From assembly GCA_903848955.1 (NCBI GenBank), contig CAINHS010000122.1:647-64646 (forward strand): a stretch of DNA of 64,000 nt. Reading direction: 5' to 3'. This stretch comes from an uncultured beta proteobacterium (GTDB lineage Bacteria > Pseudomonadota > Gammaproteobacteria > Burkholderiales > Rhodocyclaceae). The translations under genes and the position numbers were made by a program. This document shows, piece after piece, positions 1 to 14,037 of the stretch. The notes beneath the pieces were generated by a model. That model was not told the DNA's origin. It was given only the letters and a program-made list of their open reading frames with translations, and made no database searches. Each line of letters begins with the position of its first letter. The stretch's first letter is position 1.

Positions 1-1
1 G

Positions 2-720
2 GCGACGCTGGCGCGCAACTGGCTGCGCGACCAGAACGCGACCCTGGAAGCCGAGGTGGCACGGCGCCTGGAAGAAAACGAACTGATCCAGACCGTCAGC
101 ATCCGCGCCCTGGCGCATCTTGCCGAGACCCGCGACCCGGAAACCGGCAACCACATCCTGCGCACCCAGGGCTATGTGCGCCTGCTGGCGACCCGGCTGC
201 GCCATCATCACCGCTTCGCCGCCACCATCGACGATCTCTACATCAGGATGCTGGCCCACTCCGCCCCGCTTCATGACATCGGCAAAGTCGGCATTCCCGA
301 CGCCATTCTGCAAAAGCCGGGCAAGCTCACTGCGGAAGAATGGGACATCATGAAAACGCATGCCCGTCTCGGCAGTGACGCAATCGAACTGGCCGAGCGC
401 GACATCGACCGTCAGGTCGATTTCCTCTCGCTGGCCAAGGAAGTCGCCCACTGGCACCATGAGCGCTGGGACGGCGGCGGTTACCCGGACGGTCTGAGGG
501 AAGAAGCGATACCGATTTCCGCCCGGCTGATGACGCTGGCCGACGTCTTCGATGCGCTCATCACGAAACGGGTCTACAAGGAAGCGATGCTGTTCGACGA
601 GGCGCGGCGCATCATCGCTGCCGAGCGCGGCCGCCAGTTCGATCCCGACGTCACCGACGCCTTCCTCTCCTGTTTCGCCGACTTCGCCGCGCTTGCCGCG
701 CGACATGGCGACAAGCAGCC

Positions 721-724
<4 letters not shown>
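2..724 (+). CDS. HD-GYP c-di-GMP phosphodiesterase (RpfG-like response regulator), 5' truncated by the window edge
   Basis: LHDIGK and [11 protein letters not shown] motifs. The frame is open back to base 2. The stop overlaps the next ATG (ATGA 721-724). Confidence 0.9.
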
Positions 725-4596
<3,872 letters not shown>

Positions 4597-4714
4597 ACCC
4601 CCGGCCGACGATTTTGTCGGGCGTCCGGTATGATCCGGCATAGTCCATCTGACTGCTGTTCGACCATGGCGGCGGTATTTCGCCGCTTGCCGCCTTACTT
4701 GAATAAAGAAGACC

Positions 4715-6337
4715 ATGAAAATTAATCTTCCCGTCACCCAGGTCGAGATCCCCTTTCCCAGCGGTCACTACATTGTGTCGCGCACCGACCTCAAGGGCAG
4801 CATCACCTATGCCAACGACACCTTCGTCGGCATCAGCGGCTTTGAGCGCGACGAACTGATCGGCAGCAGCCACAACATCGTCCGCCATCCGGACATGCCG
4901 CCGCAGGCCTTTGCCTGGCTCTGGGACACGCTCAAGGAAGGTCGTCCGTGGCGCGGCATGGTCAAGAACCGCTGCAAGAACGGCGACTACTACTGGGTCG
5001 ACGCCCTCGTCGTGCCGGTGCTGAAGAACGGCGCGGCCATCGGTTACATGTCGGTGCGCAGCGCGCCGAGCCGCGCCCAGGTGGCGGCGGCGGATGCCCT
5101 CTACAAACAGTTGAACGCCAGCAAGGCTGCCCTGCCCAAGCCCACGGCCTGGATGCGCCTGCCGCTCAAGGCCAAGCTCAATGGCCTGGTGCTGGCCTTG
5201 CTGGCGACGCAGATTCTGGGCATGGGCTTCCATGCCTTCGGCACCTCCCTGGGCCTCTCGCCGTCCGGCACCGGCCTCGTGGTGCAGGTCTTCGGTGCCG
5301 CCGGGATCGCCGCCGGCATCTGGCTCATGGCGATGCAGAAGCAGACCATGACCATCGTCAATCGCATCATCGGCCGCCTTGACAACATCGCGCAGGGCAA
5401 CCTGACCGACGAAATTCCGTTGCACCGTGTCGACGAGCTGGGCAGGCTCAACGACGCTCTGGTCACCATGCAGACCCATCTCAAGGTAATGATGGCTGAA
5501 ATTGCCGAGGCGGCCGATCAGGTCGGCGACAGCGCGGCGGACCTGAATGCCGAAATGACGCAGGCGCGGCAGGCCGCCGACCAGCAGTCGGCGGCGGTCG
5601 GCCGCATCGCGGCGGCGGTCGAACAGTTCGTCGCCTCGGTGAGTGAAGTGGCCGACAGCGCCGATGAAGCGGCGCAGGCCGTGACTGCATCGCGCACCCT
5701 GATAGACGAGGCTTCGCAACGCATGACGGACAGCCAGGCGGCGTCACAGAACGTGGTGGTCACGGTGGAAAGCGCCGGCAAGACCATGTCCGATCTGTTC
5801 CAGTCCATATTTGCCATCGGGCGCATTTCCCAGGCCATCGCCGGTATCGCCGAGCAGACCAATCTGCTGGCGCTGAATGCGGCGATCGAAGCGGCGCGGG
5901 CGGGTGAGTCCGGACGGGGTTTCGCCGTGGTGGCGGACGAGGTCAGGAAGCTGGCCGAGAAAGCCAGCACCCAGACCAGGGAAATAGCCGTCGCCGTGCA
6001 GGATATCCAGCGCATCACCCAGATCGCGGTGACCAGCATGGAAACGGCAGGAAGCCATGTATCCGCCACCGACGCCGCGATGATCGGGGCCAGAGCCGGG
6101 CTCGACTCGGTATCGGCACACGGCGACACAGTGGTGGCGATTTCCGGCCACATCGCCAATGGCACCCGGCAACAGGCCGCCGTCGGCAGCGAAATTGCGG
6201 GCCAAGTGGAGGACATCGTGGCCGGCATCGACCAGAGCGCTTCGGCCATGTCGCAGGTCGGCGAAAAGGCCGGCCAGTTGCGCGCCACGTCGTCCCGCCT
6301 GCAGGACTTGATCGGCTACTTCAGGTTCATGCGCTGA
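4715..6337 (+). CDS. aer: Aer-like aerotaxis receptor (PAS + MCP signalling domain)
   Basis: N-terminal [17 protein letters not shown]...[10 protein letters not shown], and the MCP hairpin [34 protein letters not shown]. Confidence 0.85.
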   Translation: MKINLPVTQVEIPFPSGHYIVSRTDLKGSITYANDTFVGISGFERDELIGSSHNIVRHPDMPPQAFAWLWDTLKEGRPWRGMVKNRCKNGDYYWVDALVVPVLKNGAAIGYMSVRSAPSRAQVAAADALYKQLNASKAALPKPTAWMRLPLKAKLNGLVLALLATQILGMGFHAFGTSLGLSPSGTGLVVQVFGAAGIAAGIWLMAMQKQTMTIVNRIIGRLDNIAQGNLTDEIPLHRVDELGRLNDALVTMQTHLKVMMAEIAEAADQVGDSAADLNAEMTQARQAADQQSAAVGRIAAAVEQFVASVSEVADSADEAAQAVTASRTLIDEASQRMTDSQAASQNVVVTVESAGKTMSDLFQSIFAIGRISQAIAGIAEQTNLLALNAAIEAARAGESGRGFAVVADEVRKLAEKASTQTREIAVAVQDIQRITQIAVTSMETAGSHVSATDAAMIGARAGLDSVSAHGDTVVAISGHIANGTRQQAAVGSEIAGQVEDIVAGIDQSASAMSQVGEKAGQLRATSSRLQDLIGYFRFMR

Positions 6338-6364
6338 GGCGGGGATTTCTCCGGCGCACGTACA

Positions 6365-7009
6365 CTAGCGGGGGGATTTGCCGGGCAGGAACTCGGCCGC
6401 CAGCCGCACCAGCTCGGCGATCGACCCGGCCTGCAGCTTCTGCATGATGAGATGGCGATAGGTTTCGGCAGTGCGCTGGCTGATGCCCAGTTCGTAAGCG
6501 ATGACCTTGGTCAGCTTGCCCTCGAACACGCCTTCCAGAACCTCCCGCTCGCGCGGCGTCAATTGCGCCATGCGCTCGCCCATTTCGCGGCTTCTGGCCT
6601 GAATCTCGGCGCGCGCACTGTCGATGCGCATGCCATCCTGGATGCGGTCGAGCACCTGCTGCGTCGAAAACGGTTTCTGAAAGAAATCCAGAGCGCCGCC
6701 GCGCATGGCGCGCACCACCGACGGCACCTCGGCGTAACTGGAGATGAAAATGATCGGCAGATCGACGCCGCGCGCGTGGAGTTCATCCTGCAGTTCCAGC
6801 CCGCTCATGCCCGGCATGCGCACATCGGTGACGATGCAGCCTGCAAGCCTCGGCAAGTCCTGCTTCAGAAAGCTGGTGGCATCGGCGAATACGGCGTAGG
6901 GCAGGTGTACCGACTCGACCAGGTCGACGAGAAGATAGGTGATTACCGGGTCGTCGTCGAGCAGGAAGACCTTCGGCAACGTCCGCTCAGATTGCTTGGC
7001 GTGAATCAA
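6365..7009 (-). CDS. FixJ/LuxR-family response regulator
   Basis: Receiver IVTDVRMPGMSG plus LuxR HTH LTPREREVL...KVIAYELGISQRTAETYR. Confidence 0.9.
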   Translation of the reverse strand: MIHAKQSERTLPKVFLLDDDPVITYLLVDLVESVHLPYAVFADATSFLKQDLPRLAGCIVTDVRMPGMSGLELQDELHARGVDLPIIFISSYAEVPSVVRAMRGGALDFFQKPFSTQQVLDRIQDGMRIDSARAEIQARSREMGERMAQLTPREREVLEGVFEGKLTKVIAYELGISQRTAETYRHLIMQKLQAGSIAELVRLAAEFLPGKSPR

Positions 7010-7249
7010 AAAGCCAAATCCCCAAATGGCATTGGTACAGGCCGGGTTTGTTGCGAACCATGCAATACCCCTTGCCTACGTAGAACCCGCAGTTTGCCGC
7101 GTAATTCCCGGATGCACAAGCTACAACGTCTTTGAGACGATGGGTACAATGGATCCGGGATAATCCCAATCCGCTATCAGCCCGGTCCGGAAAGCTTCCG
7201 GGGCGGTGTCGCCGGGAAGGCCGGCGAGCCTCGGCACAACTACATTCAA

Positions 7250-8071
7250 ATGGCAGCCAACGACAACCCCGACATCACCAACGCAGAGTTTGCCCAGTTC
7301 CAGAAGCTGATCTACAAGATCGCCGGGATCAGTCTGGCAGACACGAAGAAGGTACTTCTGGTCGGCCGTCTCGGGCGGCGCCTGAAGCATTTCAATCTCT
7401 CCAGTTTCGCCGAGTACTACCGCTTCGTCGCCAGCGGCAGCGAGCCCGACGAACTGCAGACCATGGTCGACCTGCTGACGACCAACGAGACCTATTTCTT
7501 CCGCGAGGAGGCGCACTTCGATTTTCTCGCCAAGACCATCGTCGCCCAGCACCCGGCCGGTACGCCTTTCAACGTCTGGAGTGCCGCCTCGTCGACCGGC
7601 GAGGAAATCTACACCATCTCCTTCGTGCTGGCCGATACCCTGGGTCTCGACGCCAACTGGACGGTGACCGGCTCCGATATTTCGACTGCCGTGCTGGCCA
7701 CCGCCCAGCGCGGACTGTACTGGCTCGACCGTACCCGCGGTCTGCCCCAGTCCTATCTGCGCAAGTATTGCCTGAAGGGCGTTCGTACCCAGGAAGGCGG
7801 CTTCATGATTGCGCCTGAAATCAAGCGTCACACCCGCTTCCAGCAGGTCAACCTGAACCGGACCCTGCCGGTGCTGGGCAAGTTCCACGTCATCTTCCTG
7901 CGCAACGTCATGATTTATTTCGACGCCGAGACCAAGCGCCAGGTAGTCGCCCGACTCGTCGAGCAACTGCATCCCGGCGGCTATTTCATCGTCGGCCATT
8001 CGGAAAGCCTGAACGGCCTGACCGATACGCTGCGCGCCCTCAAACCCACCATTTACCAGTTGCCCGGCTGA
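7250..8071 (+). CDS. cheR: Chemotaxis methyltransferase CheR
   Basis: LTTNETYFFRE, WSAASSTGEE and IFLRNVMIYFD motifs. Confidence 0.95.
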   Translation: MAANDNPDITNAEFAQFQKLIYKIAGISLADTKKVLLVGRLGRRLKHFNLSSFAEYYRFVASGSEPDELQTMVDLLTTNETYFFREEAHFDFLAKTIVAQHPAGTPFNVWSAASSTGEEIYTISFVLADTLGLDANWTVTGSDISTAVLATAQRGLYWLDRTRGLPQSYLRKYCLKGVRTQEGGFMIAPEIKRHTRFQQVNLNRTLPVLGKFHVIFLRNVMIYFDAETKRQVVARLVEQLHPGGYFIVGHSESLNGLTDTLRALKPTIYQLPG

Positions 8072-8094
8072 CGCCATGACCACAGATCAAAATC

Positions 8095-8190
8095 TCACCG
8101 CAGAGGCGCAGAGGCGCAGAGAAATGCAAAGACCTGCAATGCTTGTGCCTTCCTCTGCGCTACCTCTGCGCCTCCGCGCCTCTGCGGTAA
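8095..8190. repeat. Palindromic intergenic element with internal 8-nt repeats (copy 1)
   Basis: Left arm ACCGCAGAG-GCGCAGAG-GCGCAGAG (8097-8121). Right arm CTCTGCGC...CTCTGCGC-CTCCGCGC-CTCTGCGGT (8153-8188). Confidence 0.85.
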
Positions 8191-8235
8191 AGCCTTTCCC
8201 TCTGCCGCCTTTCACCGGCCCCACCTGATCAGATC

Positions 8236-9315
8236 ATGGCGAACAAAATTACCGTAATCATCGTCGACGATTCGGCCGTGGTGCGCCAGGTGAACCGCGA
8301 AACCCTGGAGCGCGAAGCGGACATCGAGGTCATCGGCGTCGCCTCCGATCCGCTGTATGCCCTGGACAAGATGAAAGTGCAGTGGCCGGACGTGCTGGTG
8401 ATCGACATCGAAATGCCGCGCATGGACGGCCTGACCTTCCTCAAGAAGATCATGAGCGAACATCCGACGCCGACCATCGTCTGCTCCTCGCTCGCCGAAA
8501 AGGGCGCGGCGGCAACCATGGATGCACTCGCTGCCGGTGCGCTGGCCATCATCACCAAGCCCAAGATGGGGGTGAAGCAGTTCCTCCAGGATTCCAGCAA
8601 CGACCTAGTGTCGGCGGTGCGCGCCGCCGCCCGCGCCAACATGCGCCGGGTCACGCCCGGTGCGGCGCGGCCGTTGGCGCCGCCGCCCAAGCTGACGGCG
8701 GATGCCATGCTCGCGGCGCAGGCCGCCAGCAGCCGCGCCATGGCCAACACCACCGACCGGGTGGTGGCCATCGGCACCTCCACCGGCGGTACGCAGGCGC
8801 TGGAAGCGGTGCTGACGCGTCTGCCCAACGTCGGCAGCGGCATCGTCATCGTCCAGCACATGCCGGAAAAATTCACCGCCATGTTCGCCGAACGCCTGAA
8901 CAGCCTGTGCAAGCTCGAGGTGCGCGAGGCGCAGAACGGCGACCGCGTCATGTCCGGCCGCGCCCTGATCGCCCCGGGCGGCCGCCACATGATGCTCAGG
9001 CGCAGCGGCGCCCAGTATTACGTCGAGGTGGCCGACGGTCCGCTGGTGAATCGCCACAAGCCCTCGGTCGATGTGCTGTTCCGTTCCGTGGCGCAGATCG
9101 CCGGACGCAATGCGCTGGGCGTGATCATGACCGGCATGGGCGACGACGGCGCGCGTGGCATGAAGGAGATGCACGACGCCGGCGCCAGAACGGTGGCCGA
9201 AGACGAATCGACCTGCGTCGTGTTCGGTATGCCGAAGGAGGCGATCAAACTCGGCGGCGTGGACCGGATCGTTCCGCTCGACGCCATCCCCGCTGAAATC
9301 ATCTCCTACGGCTGA
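8236..9315 (+). CDS. cheB: Chemotaxis response regulator methylesterase CheB
   Basis: Receiver domain (DIEMP) plus esterase motifs GTSTGG, QHMP and TGMGDDG. Confidence 0.95.
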   Translation: MANKITVIIVDDSAVVRQVNRETLEREADIEVIGVASDPLYALDKMKVQWPDVLVIDIEMPRMDGLTFLKKIMSEHPTPTIVCSSLAEKGAAATMDALAAGALAIITKPKMGVKQFLQDSSNDLVSAVRAAARANMRRVTPGAARPLAPPPKLTADAMLAAQAASSRAMANTTDRVVAIGTSTGGTQALEAVLTRLPNVGSGIVIVQHMPEKFTAMFAERLNSLCKLEVREAQNGDRVMSGRALIAPGGRHMMLRRSGAQYYVEVADGPLVNRHKPSVDVLFRSVAQIAGRNALGVIMTGMGDDGARGMKEMHDAGARTVAEDESTCVVFGMPKEAIKLGGVDRIVPLDAIPAEIISYG

Positions 9316-9331
9316 ACGTCGGAGGCAAACC

Positions 9332-9934
9332 ATGCCAAGCCTAGCTCTGCCCGTCGAACACGATCCCAAGGACCTCGAGCGCCGCGCCCGCAACATCAAC
9401 CCGGGCGGCTGGACGGTCGAGACCGAACGCCCGATCACCACGCTGCTGGGTTCCTGCGTTGCGGTCTGCCTCTACGACCCCAAGCTGCGCCTGGCGGGCA
9501 TGAACCACTTCCTGCTGCCCAGCCGTGCCAAGACCGCCGGCGACGACACCGACGTCATCCTCGCCGGCGATTATTCGATGGAAGTGCTGCTCAATACCAT
9601 GCTCATGAAGGGCGCGGTCAAGCAGCGCATCGTCGCCAAGGCCTTCGGCGGCGGTACCATCGTGACCTCGATCCTGATGGCCATCGGCCAGCGCAATGCC
9701 GAGTTCGCCCAGGAATGGCTGGCCCGCGAAGGCATTGCCTTGACGGCGCAGGATTTCGGCGGCGCCTGGTCGCGCAAGGTGATCTTCACGCCCGATGGCG
9801 GCGATGCCTTCTGCCGGCGGCTGCCCATTACCCAGCCCGGCGTGCAGGATGTGGTCAAGGCCGAGCGCGACTACGAACAATCGCTGATCCGGCCGGCCAA
9901 GCCGTCGGGCGAAAAGAAGATCGAGCTGTTTTGA
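9332..9934 (+). CDS. cheD: Chemoreceptor glutamine deamidase CheD
   Basis: TLLGSCVAVCLYD, GMNHFLLP and KAFGGG motifs. Confidence 0.92.
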   Translation: MPSLALPVEHDPKDLERRARNINPGGWTVETERPITTLLGSCVAVCLYDPKLRLAGMNHFLLPSRAKTAGDDTDVILAGDYSMEVLLNTMLMKGAVKQRIVAKAFGGGTIVTSILMAIGQRNAEFAQEWLAREGIALTAQDFGGAWSRKVIFTPDGGDAFCRRLPITQPGVQDVVKAERDYEQSLIRPAKPSGEKKIELF

Positions 9935-9992
9935 AGCCTGTCTGTTTTCTTCCTTCGCCGCAATGACGAAGAAATATAGGAGAGGATAAATC

Positions 9993-10838
9993 ATGGACGT
10001 AGCCGCGGTATTGACCAGCGTTGCCAAATCGGCGGCGCATGACGACCTGATTTTTCCGACCACCACCGAAATGGCGCTCAAGGTGCAGCGGGTGCTCGAC
10101 GATCCCGGCTGCTCCATCGATCAGCTGGCCAAGCTGGTGCGGGCCGATCCGCTGCTCTCGGCGAGAGTCGTGGCAGTCGCCAATTCGGTCATCTACAACC
10201 GTTCCGGCCGCGCCATCGACGATCCGAAAAGCGCCGTGTCGCGCATCGGTTTCAATACCCTGAGGGTGCTCGCCGCCGCGGTCGTGGTGCGCCAGATGGA
10301 AGGCATGGCGCACACCCCGGCGCACCGGCAGACGGCGGTGCGCCTGTGGGAGCACACCGCCCATGTCGCCGCACTGTGCCAGGTCATCGCCCGCCGTGTC
10401 ACCCATGTAAACCCGGACACCGCCTTTTTTGCCGGCATCATTCATGAGGTGGGCGGCTTCTACCTGATTTCCCGTGCCCGCGATTTTCCCGGCCTGCTGG
10501 AAGGCGCCAATGGCAGCCTGCTGGCCTGGGACGAAGGCGGTGCGGCCGAAGTCGGCCGTGCCGTGCTGCAGCGCCTGAGCGCTCCCGCGGCGGTGGTCGA
10601 GGCCATCGAAGGCCTCTGGCAGGGCTATCTCGCCATGCCGCCGCAAAGCCTCACCGACACGCTGCTGCTGGCCGATCAACTGGCGCCGGTGGAGTCGCCG
10701 CTGTCGCAACTCGCCGGCAACGGGCGCGAAGGCACCGAAGCGAACATCGACGTTGCGCTCGATGACCAGACCCTCTCCAGCATCCTCAAGGAATCGGCGG
10801 AAGAAGTCGAGTCGCTGATCGACGCGCTGCGCGCCTGA
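9993..10838 (+). CDS. HDOD domain protein
   Basis: DPLLSARVVAVANS, AVSRIGF and FFAGIIHEVG motifs. Confidence 0.88.
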   Translation: MDVAAVLTSVAKSAAHDDLIFPTTTEMALKVQRVLDDPGCSIDQLAKLVRADPLLSARVVAVANSVIYNRSGRAIDDPKSAVSRIGFNTLRVLAAAVVVRQMEGMAHTPAHRQTAVRLWEHTAHVAALCQVIARRVTHVNPDTAFFAGIIHEVGGFYLISRARDFPGLLEGANGSLLAWDEGGAAEVGRAVLQRLSAPAAVVEAIEGLWQGYLAMPPQSLTDTLLLADQLAPVESPLSQLAGNGREGTEANIDVALDDQTLSSILKESAEEVESLIDALRA

Positions 10839-13800
10839 TCATCCGACCGCCTGGCGGACGGCGTCGATCAGGGCCGTCAGTTCCTTGATCAGTGCGCTGC
10901 CGCAGTTATCGATGCTGTCTTTTGCCGCGCCGTCACGAACCGCCAGATGAAGCGCCTTCGCCGCCTCGGCGACCCGCATGGCACCGATCGTGCCGGCGGA
11001 ACCCTTGAGGGTGTGGGCCAGGTCCTTGAGACTGCCGAGATCATTTCCTGCCAGGGCTGCGGCGAGGCGCGGCAGGTCTTGGGCATGGCTGGCGGCGAAC
11101 ACCGCCAGCAGCTTGGCATGCTTCGCCGTATTGCCGTGCATCAGCGCCAGTCCGCGTTCGACATCCAGCCCCGGAACATATTCCAGGCGCCGCCGCCATT
11201 GTTCCGTGTCCGCTACCGGCTCCGCTGCCACCGCGGCCGCCGGCGGCGCCGTGCCGCCAGCATTTCCGGCGTTCGCCGGCAGCCACTTCAGCAGTATCGC
11301 GTAGAGCGCGTCGGGATCCACCGGCTTGGGGACGAAGTCGTTCATGCCGGCTTCCATGCAGGCGCGGCGATCGCCGTCGAAGGCGTTGGCGGTCATGGCC
11401 AGAATCGGTGTGCGGCTGCGGCCGGGCAGGGCGCGGATGACCCGCGTTGCCTGCAGCCCATCCATATCGGGCATCTGCATATCCATCAGGATCAGCGGGT
11501 AGTCGGTAGTCCGCGCACGCTCCACCGCTTGCCGTCCGTCGCTGGCGACATCCACCGCCAGACCGGCGCCTTCCAGCAGTTCCAGCGCGACTTCGCGATT
11601 GGTCGGGTTGTCTTCGACCAGCAACAAGCGGACGCCGCCATGATGCTGTCGCAGTTCGGCCTCGGCATCCACCGCCAGTTCGGCCACGGCGGGCGGCATC
11701 ATGCCGCGGCCGCGGCCGAGGCGGGCGGTGAACCAGAAGGTGCTGCCTTTGCCCGGCGTACTGTCAACGCCGACTTCGCCACCCATCAGTTCCGCCAGCC
11801 GGCGGTTGATGACAAGTCCGAGGCCGCTGCCGCCGTACTGTCGCGCCGTCGAGGCGTCGGCCTGCTCGAAGGCATGAAACAGGCCGGACATCTGTTCCGG
11901 GCTGATGCCGATGCCGGTGTCGGCGACCTCGAAGCGCACCAGGATGTCCGCGCCGTTGTCTTCGAGAAGGTGGGCGCGCAGGGAGACCGACCCCCGTTCC
12001 GTGAATTTGAGGGCATTGCTGATGTAGTTGACCAGCGCCTGCCGCAACCGCGTCGGATCGCCGCGCAACCAGAGCGGCACGCCGTCGGAATCAAAGCGGA
12101 TGGCCAGACCCTTGGCCCGGGCCTGGCCGGAGATCAGCGAACGGACATGGCCGAAGATCGCCGCCAGCGAGAAGTCGGTGTCCTCCAGGCTCAGCTTGCC
12201 GGCCTCGATCCTGGAGATGTCGAGAATGTCATTGATGATGGACAGCAGATGGTTCGCCGCAGTGTCGATCTTGCCCAACCGGCGCGCCTGCTCCGCGTTC
12301 GGTCCGGCGCGGCGCAGCAGGTGCGTGAGGCCGATGATGGCATTCATCGGGGTGCGGATTTCGTGGCTCATGTGGGCCAGAAAGGCGCTCTTCGCCAGGT
12401 TGGCGACTTCCGCCCGTTGCCGTGCATCTTCCAGTTGCGCGGTGCGGCTTGCGACCAGTTCCATCAGGCGATGATGGAACTGGTCGAGCTCGGCTTCGGC
12501 CTGCTTGCGTGCGGTGATGTCGGCATGGGTGCCGATGATGCGCAAGGGCTTGCCGTCCCCGCTGCGGCTGACCACCATGCCGCGATCGAGTATCCACATG
12601 TAGCTGCCGTCCTTGCAGCGGACACGGTGTTCGCTGGCGTAGACCGGTGTCCTGGCCTCGAGGTAGGCTTGCAGCGTGATCAGGACTGCGGCCTTGTCTT
12701 CGGGATGGATGCGGCTTTCCCATTCATCCAGGCCGTTGCCGACCTCGTCGTCGGCAAAGCCGAGCATTTCCTTCCAGCGCGGTGAGAAAAAAACCGTGCC
12801 GTCGGCCACGCTCCAGTCCCAGAGCCCGTCGCCGGTGCCTTCGATAGCGAAGCGCCAGCGATATTCGCTGTCCTTCAGCAACTGCTGGCTGCCCTCTATC
12901 TCGCGGGTCAGCCCTGCGGCGATGCGCGCTGCGTTTGCCCGCGTATTGATAACCGAGAGCACCAGGCCGGAAAGCAGCACACTGAGCGCAAGGCCGCCGA
13001 TCAGGGCCGCCCACGCCGGAGCGTGACTGATGGCCGCTGCCGCGGTCTGCTGGAATACCAGCAGCCACGAATGGCCGTTCAGCTCGAGCGTCCGCTGCTG
13101 ATGGAGCAGGTGGTTCCGCGCCGGCACCTGACCCGGACTGCTGGCGAACAGCAGCCGCGCCGGCAGCGCCTCAGGGCCGTCGTAGATGTGCAGGTCCACG
13201 GTGTTGCCGTCGCCGGCATCCCAGCCTTGCAGAATGCCGGCCATCAGATCCTGCATGCGGCAGCGGCTTGAAATCCAGCCGGTCAGCGCGGCGCGCTTCT
13301 GCGCCACGGTGTCCGTCGCCATGCCATTGCGATACACGGGAACATACATGACGGTTTCCGCCAGGAGTTCGGCCGCGCTCTCCGGCAGCCGTTCGATCTT
13401 GCCGCTCAGCGCCGCCCGCCCGCTGTCACGCGCCTGCTCCATGGCGGCGCGCCGCACCGGCTCGGAGAAGGCATCGAAACCGAAGGCGCGCAGATTGCCG
13501 CCGCTGAAGGGTTCGATATAGACGATGGAGCTGTAGCCGGCTCGCTCGCCGGCCGGATGAACGCTGTAGTCCGGAAAACCTTCGCGGCGGATCCGGGCGA
13601 CGTGGCTGGCGAGTTGATCGCGGCCGATAACCTGGTTGAACGCCAGTTCCTTTTGGGCGGGAACAGTCTCTTCCAGCCGCAGTTGGTCGACCCAGGCGCG
13701 CCACTGTTTGCGATCTGCCTTGTCCGCTGTCGAAAAAAGCGCTGCGCCGCCGCGCAGGATCAGCGCTTCGGTGCCGAGGCGTTCCCGGATCTTGAGGGTG

Positions 13801-13949
13801 ATCTGATCGCTGGTAAAGGCGAAATGCCGCGCGCCATCCTCTTCGATGCCCTGCCAGACCTGCAGGCTGGTGACCACCGTCAGCAGAATCCCGGCGCCCA
13901 GCGTTGCCCAGGCCGGCCCGCTTTTTCGCCATGGCTGCGTGCTCAACAT
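10839..13949 (-). CDS. Hybrid sensor histidine kinase (CHASE, PAS, HisKA, HATPase, REC, Hpt)
   Basis: CHASE-like [70 protein letters not shown]. Confidence 0.92.
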   Translation of the reverse strand: MLSTQPWRKSGPAWATLGAGILLTVVTSLQVWQGIEEDGARHFAFTSDQITLKIRERLGTEALILRGGAALFSTADKADRKQWRAWVDQLRLEETVPAQKELAFNQVIGRDQLASHVARIRREGFPDYSVHPAGERAGYSSIVYIEPFSGGNLRAFGFDAFSEPVRRAAMEQARDSGRAALSGKIERLPESAAELLAETVMYVPVYRNGMATDTVAQKRAALTGWISSRCRMQDLMAGILQGWDAGDGNTVDLHIYDGPEALPARLLFASSPGQVPARNHLLHQQRTLELNGHSWLLVFQQTAAAAISHAPAWAALIGGLALSVLLSGLVLSVINTRANAARIAAGLTREIEGSQQLLKDSEYRWRFAIEGTGDGLWDWSVADGTVFFSPRWKEMLGFADDEVGNGLDEWESRIHPEDKAAVLITLQAYLEARTPVYASEHRVRCKDGSYMWILDRGMVVSRSGDGKPLRIIGTHADITARKQAEAELDQFHHRLMELVASRTAQLEDARQRAEVANLAKSAFLAHMSHEIRTPMNAIIGLTHLLRRAGPNAEQARRLGKIDTAANHLLSIINDILDISRIEAGKLSLEDTDFSLAAIFGHVRSLISGQARAKGLAIRFDSDGVPLWLRGDPTRLRQALVNYISNALKFTERGSVSLRAHLLEDNGADILVRFEVADTGIGISPEQMSGLFHAFEQADASTARQYGGSGLGLVINRRLAELMGGEVGVDSTPGKGSTFWFTARLGRGRGMMPPAVAELAVDAEAELRQHHGGVRLLLVEDNPTNREVALELLEGAGLAVDVASDGRQAVERARTTDYPLILMDMQMPDMDGLQATRVIRALPGRSRTPILAMTANAFDGDRRACMEAGMNDFVPKPVDPDALYAILLKWLPANAGNAGGTAPPAAAVAAEPVADTEQWRRRLEYVPGLDVERGLALMHGNTAKHAKLLAVFAASHAQDLPRLAAALAGNDLGSLKDLAHTLKGSAGTIGAMRVAEAAKALHLAVRDGAAKDSIDNCGSALIKELTALIDAVRQAVG

Positions 13950-14037
13950 GCTGTCCGCAATTCGCGCAGTAGAGTCGCCTGGCGCATGGTCATTGCCGCT
14001 GCGAGCCTGGAATCAAGTGATCGGCGCGGCGCGGGCG

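Noticed and set aside
7010-7249. sigma28 or sigma54 promoter for cheR
   Set aside because: No motif with convincing consensus and spacing was found by eye.
8095-8190. Possible CRISPR or mini-array
   Set aside because: The units are 8-9 nt, inverted, with no unique spacers, and there are no cas genes in the window.
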